A stretch of 64,000 bases of DNA. Source: Candidatus Eiseniibacteriota bacterium. GTDB lineage: Bacteria > Eisenbacteria > RBG-16-71-46. The first letter of the stretch is position 1. The number at the start of each line of letters is the position of its first letter. The DNA is taken from assembly GCA_041483195.1 (NCBI GenBank), contig JBGPFC010000002.1, positions 64,001-128,000 of the forward strand, in the 5' to 3' direction. Positions 60,956 through 64,000 of this stretch are shown here, one piece after another. The translations under genes and the position numbers were made by a program. The notes beneath the pieces were generated by a model. That model saw only the letters and a list, made by a program, of their open reading frames with translations. It did no database searches and was not told where the DNA came from.

Positions 60956-62221
60956 CTAGCGCGAGGTGTCGCTTCGCATCAGCTCCGGGTCGCGCCGCCC
61001 CCACATCGCGGCAGTCAGCCCGGCCAGCGAGACGACCAGGGCGCACACCAGCAGCGTCACGCGCGTGCCGAACCCGCGCGTCAGCCAGGCCGCCGCGCTC
61101 ACCGATGCGAGGAACAGCAGGCGCATCAGGAAATCGCGCGTGCTGAAAACGCGCCCGCGCTGCTGCAATTCCGTCCCCTCCTGAATCAGCGTTTCCGAGA
61201 GCACGAAGGCGGGCGCGACGAACACCCCCACCAGGAAGCTCGCCCCCGCGAAGACCGCGAATCGACTCGACAGCGCGAACGCGGCGAGCGCGCCCCCGGC
61301 GAGCAGGAATCCGACGCCCAGCAGCAGCGGACGCGGCACGCTGCGACCGCGGGTGTTCACCCACCAGGTGCTGAGCCCGCTCCCCAGGCCCAGCGCGCAC
61401 AGGAGAACGCCCAGCCGCTCCATCCCCGGCAGACTCGCGGCGCGCTGGATGTGCAGATTCCCGGCGACGTGCAGGAACCCGCCGCCGAGCCAGACCGCGG
61501 CCAGCGCGATGAGCCCGAGCCGCACCCGGGAGCTTTCACGCAGGACGCGCCATCCCTCCCCGACCTCGAGCAGGTAGCCGCCCCACGTGAGCTCCGGCCT
61601 CTGGCCGCGATGCTCGGGCGGCCGGTAGCGCACCAGCGCGAGCGCCGCGACCGAAACCAGATAGGTCCCGGCGTTGATCCGCAACGCCATCGCCCAGCCC
61701 CAGTGGTCGACGACCCATCCGCCCGCGAGGGCGCCCGCCGCCGTCGCCGTGATGCCCGCGACGGACAGCAGCGCGTTCGCGGCCAGCAGTTGCGCGTGCG
61801 GAACGATCTCGGGAGTGATCGCGCTCTTGGCGGGGAGGAAGAACACGTTGCAGGTGAAGAGCAGGAACACCAGCCCGAACACCGGTGCCGCGAGATGGCT
61901 CGAGGTGTAAAGCAGCGGGATGGCGAACACCACGCCGGCGCGCAACGCGTCCGAGACGATCAGCACTCGGCGCAGGTTCCAGCGATCCACCCACGCCCCG
62001 GTGAATGGAGCGAACAGCAGCACCGGCGCGAGCATGACGTTGGCGAGCAGCGAGAGCAGCCACGACGAACGGGGGTCGAGAAAGTGCCGCGTGTGCTCGG
62101 CGAGCAGGCCCACCAGCGCGAGGTAGGTGAAGCGCTCACCGAGGATCGAGATCAGCTGTCCCCACCAGAGCGCTGAGAAATCGCGCTGGTGGAGCAGCGG
62201 CGTCTCGGCCCCCGCCGCCAT
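60956..62221 (-). CDS. MFS transporter (DHA3/H+ antiporter-like)
   Basis: DFSALWWGQLISILGE, GAWVDRWNLRRVLIVSDALRA (motif A), QRGRVFS; ~12 TMs. Confidence 0.9.
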   Translation of the reverse strand: MAAGAETPLLHQRDFSALWWGQLISILGERFTYLALVGLLAEHTRHFLDPRSSWLLSLLANVMLAPVLLFAPFTGAWVDRWNLRRVLIVSDALRAGVVFAIPLLYTSSHLAAPVFGLVFLLFTCNVFFLPAKSAITPEIVPHAQLLAANALLSVAGITATAAGALAGGWVVDHWGWAMALRINAGTYLVSVAALALVRYRPPEHRGQRPELTWGGYLLEVGEGWRVLRESSRVRLGLIALAAVWLGGGFLHVAGNLHIQRAASLPGMERLGVLLCALGLGSGLSTWWVNTRGRSVPRPLLLGVGFLLAGGALAAFALSSRFAVFAGASFLVGVFVAPAFVLSETLIQEGTELQQRGRVFSTRDFLMRLLFLASVSAAAWLTRGFGTRVTLLVCALVVSLAGLTAAMWGRRDPELMRSDTSR

Positions 62222-62231
62222 GGGCTCGGGC

Positions 62232-63374
62232 CTAGGCGGCGCTGTGGACGGCGCCGCGTCGCGCAAGCGCCTCGCGGTAGACCCCCTCGATGCGGTCGGT
62301 GACGCGGGGCCACGCGAACTCCAGCGCGCGCGTGCGCCCCCGCGAGGCGAGGACCACCCGCCGCTCGTGATCTTCCACGAGCCGTGAGAGCGCGTGTGCC
62401 AGCGCCCGGCCATCACCGGCCGGGAACATCACCCCATTCTGGTCGGGGACGACGACCGAGCGATACCCCGGGATGTCGGAGGCCACGACCACGCGTCCCG
62501 CCGCCATCGCCTCGAGCAGGACGATTCCAAAGCTCTCGTTACCTGAGGCCGGCGAGACGAAGATGTCGCCGGTTGCGTACCAGCGCGGGAGCTCGCCGCT
62601 CGGCACGTGTCCAAGGAAGACGACGTGCTCACGCAGCGCGGCCGGCACCGAGGCCTGATACCGCGGCCGCAGGTAGGAATCGCCGACGATCAGGAGCCGA
62701 GCCCGGCCGTGCGTGCGTTCGACCACCTCGGGCATGACATCGAGCAGCAGCTGAACACCCTTGCGCGGGTCGAGTCGGCCGACGAAGAGCAGGTTCACCT
62801 TGTCGCGATCGCGCCAGCGTTCGAACGGCTGCACCGATGGATGGAAGCGATCGATGTCGACCCCGTTCGGGATCACGTGGTACTCGCCCGGGAAGTAGCG
62901 GGCCGTGAAATCGCGAGCGGTGTTGGAGACTGCGATGCGCGCGTCCAGGCGGGCCACCACCGGTTCGAACCAGCCCTTGATCCAGTCGAACACCCGGTTC
63001 GGCGTGCCGGTGGTGTGAAACGTCCCGACCTGCGTGCATTCCGCGGCGAGAATCGCGAGCAGCGGGAGCGTGGGGACGAGCGGGGCGTGCGTGTGGAGCA
63101 GATCGAAATCGTACTCGCGCATGATCGAGCGCAGCTGGCTCTTGAGACGGATCCCGATCGCGAGATCGACGAACGCCCCATTGAAAGGCACGAGGACGTT
63201 GTATCCGATGCGCACCACGCCCGGCGCGTGCATCGCTTCACCCTGTCGAAAGCGGCTGGTGATGATCGTGACGTCGTGCCCGCGCCGCCTCAGCTCGAGC
63301 GCGGTGTAATGCACATGCTCGGTGACGCCGCCGTAGCGCGGATAATAGGACTGGGAGACGATCCCGATCCTCAC
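62232..63374 (-). CDS. GT4 glycosyltransferase, PimA-like (phosphatidylinositol mannosyltransferase family)
   Basis: GGVTEHV, VPFNG, HAPLVPTL, VGTFH, IAVS, IPNGVD, GRLDPRKG, GNESFGIVLLEAMAAG, ASDIPGY. Confidence 0.8.
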   Translation of the reverse strand: MRIGIVSQSYYPRYGGVTEHVHYTALELRRRGHDVTIITSRFRQGEAMHAPGVVRIGYNVLVPFNGAFVDLAIGIRLKSQLRSIMREYDFDLLHTHAPLVPTLPLLAILAAECTQVGTFHTTGTPNRVFDWIKGWFEPVVARLDARIAVSNTARDFTARYFPGEYHVIPNGVDIDRFHPSVQPFERWRDRDKVNLLFVGRLDPRKGVQLLLDVMPEVVERTHGRARLLIVGDSYLRPRYQASVPAALREHVVFLGHVPSGELPRWYATGDIFVSPASGNESFGIVLLEAMAAGRVVVASDIPGYRSVVVPDQNGVMFPAGDGRALAHALSRLVEDHERRVVLASRGRTRALEFAWPRVTDRIEGVYREALARRGAVHSAA

Positions 63375-64000
63375 GACGCCTGCACGCTCCGCGCCGCGGC
63401 CGCGGGCTCGGCCTCGGCGGCCGGGGCCGGCTCCCATAGCGGCCGGAAGATGCACCACTGGTCGAGGTGTTCGCGGATGTGTCGCGCGGCGGAAGCTGCG
63501 ACGGCGGCGTTGAGCGCCGCCGTGTTCTCGAACCGGGCGGGGTCGAGCGCAGGCTCCATCACGATTCGGAATCGCCCCGGTCCGAGTCGCTCGCAGAACC
63601 CCGAGATGATGAGTGCCCCGGTGCGTTGCGCGAGAACTCCGGGGCCGGCGGGAAACCGCATCTCGCGCCCGAAGAATTCGACGGTGACGCCGTGGCTATA
63701 GACGTCGCCGTCCACCATGAGCGCCACGAGATCGTTGTGCTCGAGCGCCCGCAGCAGCTTCCGGAAGCCGTCTTCCGGGGACACGGTGTGGATCGCGAGC
63801 TCGGTTTTCGTCTCGCGCACTGCGGGGGTGAGCCAGCGGTTGAGTTGCACCCCGGCCACCGCGTGGAGCGCGTATCCCCAGTGCGCGAGCACGACCGCCG
63901 CCAGCTCCCAGTTTCCGACGTGGCAGCTGCTGAGGATGACCCCGCGTCCGCGCGCAACCGCCTGCTCGAGGTGCTCGCGTCCCACCACCTCCACCGATCG
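63371..64000 (-). CDS. LpxL/PatA-family lipid acyltransferase (partial, 5' end outside window)
   Basis: GRGVILSSCHVGNWE (H-x4-E), ALMVD, VEFFG...PAGP..LA.RTGA, DQWCIFRPLW. Confidence 0.85.
   Translation of the reverse strand, partial: RSVEVVGREHLEQAVARGRGVILSSCHVGNWELAAVVLAHWGYALHAVAGVQLNRWLTPAVRETKTELAIHTVSPEDGFRKLLRALEHNDLVALMVDGDVYSHGVTVEFFGREMRFPAGPGVLAQRTGALIISGFCERLGPGRFRIVMEPALDPARFENTAALNAAVAASAARHIREHLDQWCIFRPLWEPAPAAEAEPAAAARSVQAS

Overview
Very GC-rich, gene-dense bacterial chromosome segment with no mobile elements, prophage or CRISPR seen. Gene content (dcw cluster with meso-DAP-type MurE, a beta-barrel-like protein, a PorZ/T9SS-CTD-like protein, DUF2723) suggests a diderm, possibly FCB-related lineage such as Ca. 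Eisenbacteria; this is inference only. Order: partial M1 aminopeptidase (-), purA, tRNA-Lys(UUU), an orphan zf-HC2 anti-sigma-like gene, an atypical ychF and a putative outer-membrane protein. Next is a self-contained ~155-nt transcription unit with its own promoter, a 14-codon ORF, a 16-nt complement to the 16S rRNA 3' end and a terminator. An FMN riboswitch precedes ribD-ribE-ribBA-ribH-nusB and a metallophosphoesterase. A ~29-kb glycosylation locus follows (GT2/GT4 enzymes, four GT-C-type membrane proteins including a TMEM260-like DUF2723-TPR protein and YfhO, polyprenol-P-mannose synthase, HddA/HddC-like pair, Wzx, AsnB, FemAB-like GNAT, PorZ-like beta-propeller). Then comes the dcw cluster (mraZ to ftsZ) with a STAS gene inserted between mraZ and rsmH and no murB/ddl, followed by a TPR protein, rpmB, recG and a zinc-ribbon protein. 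A convergent acyltransferase / PimA-like GT4 / MFS operon runs off the right end. All family calls come from motif recognition by eye; no searches were run.
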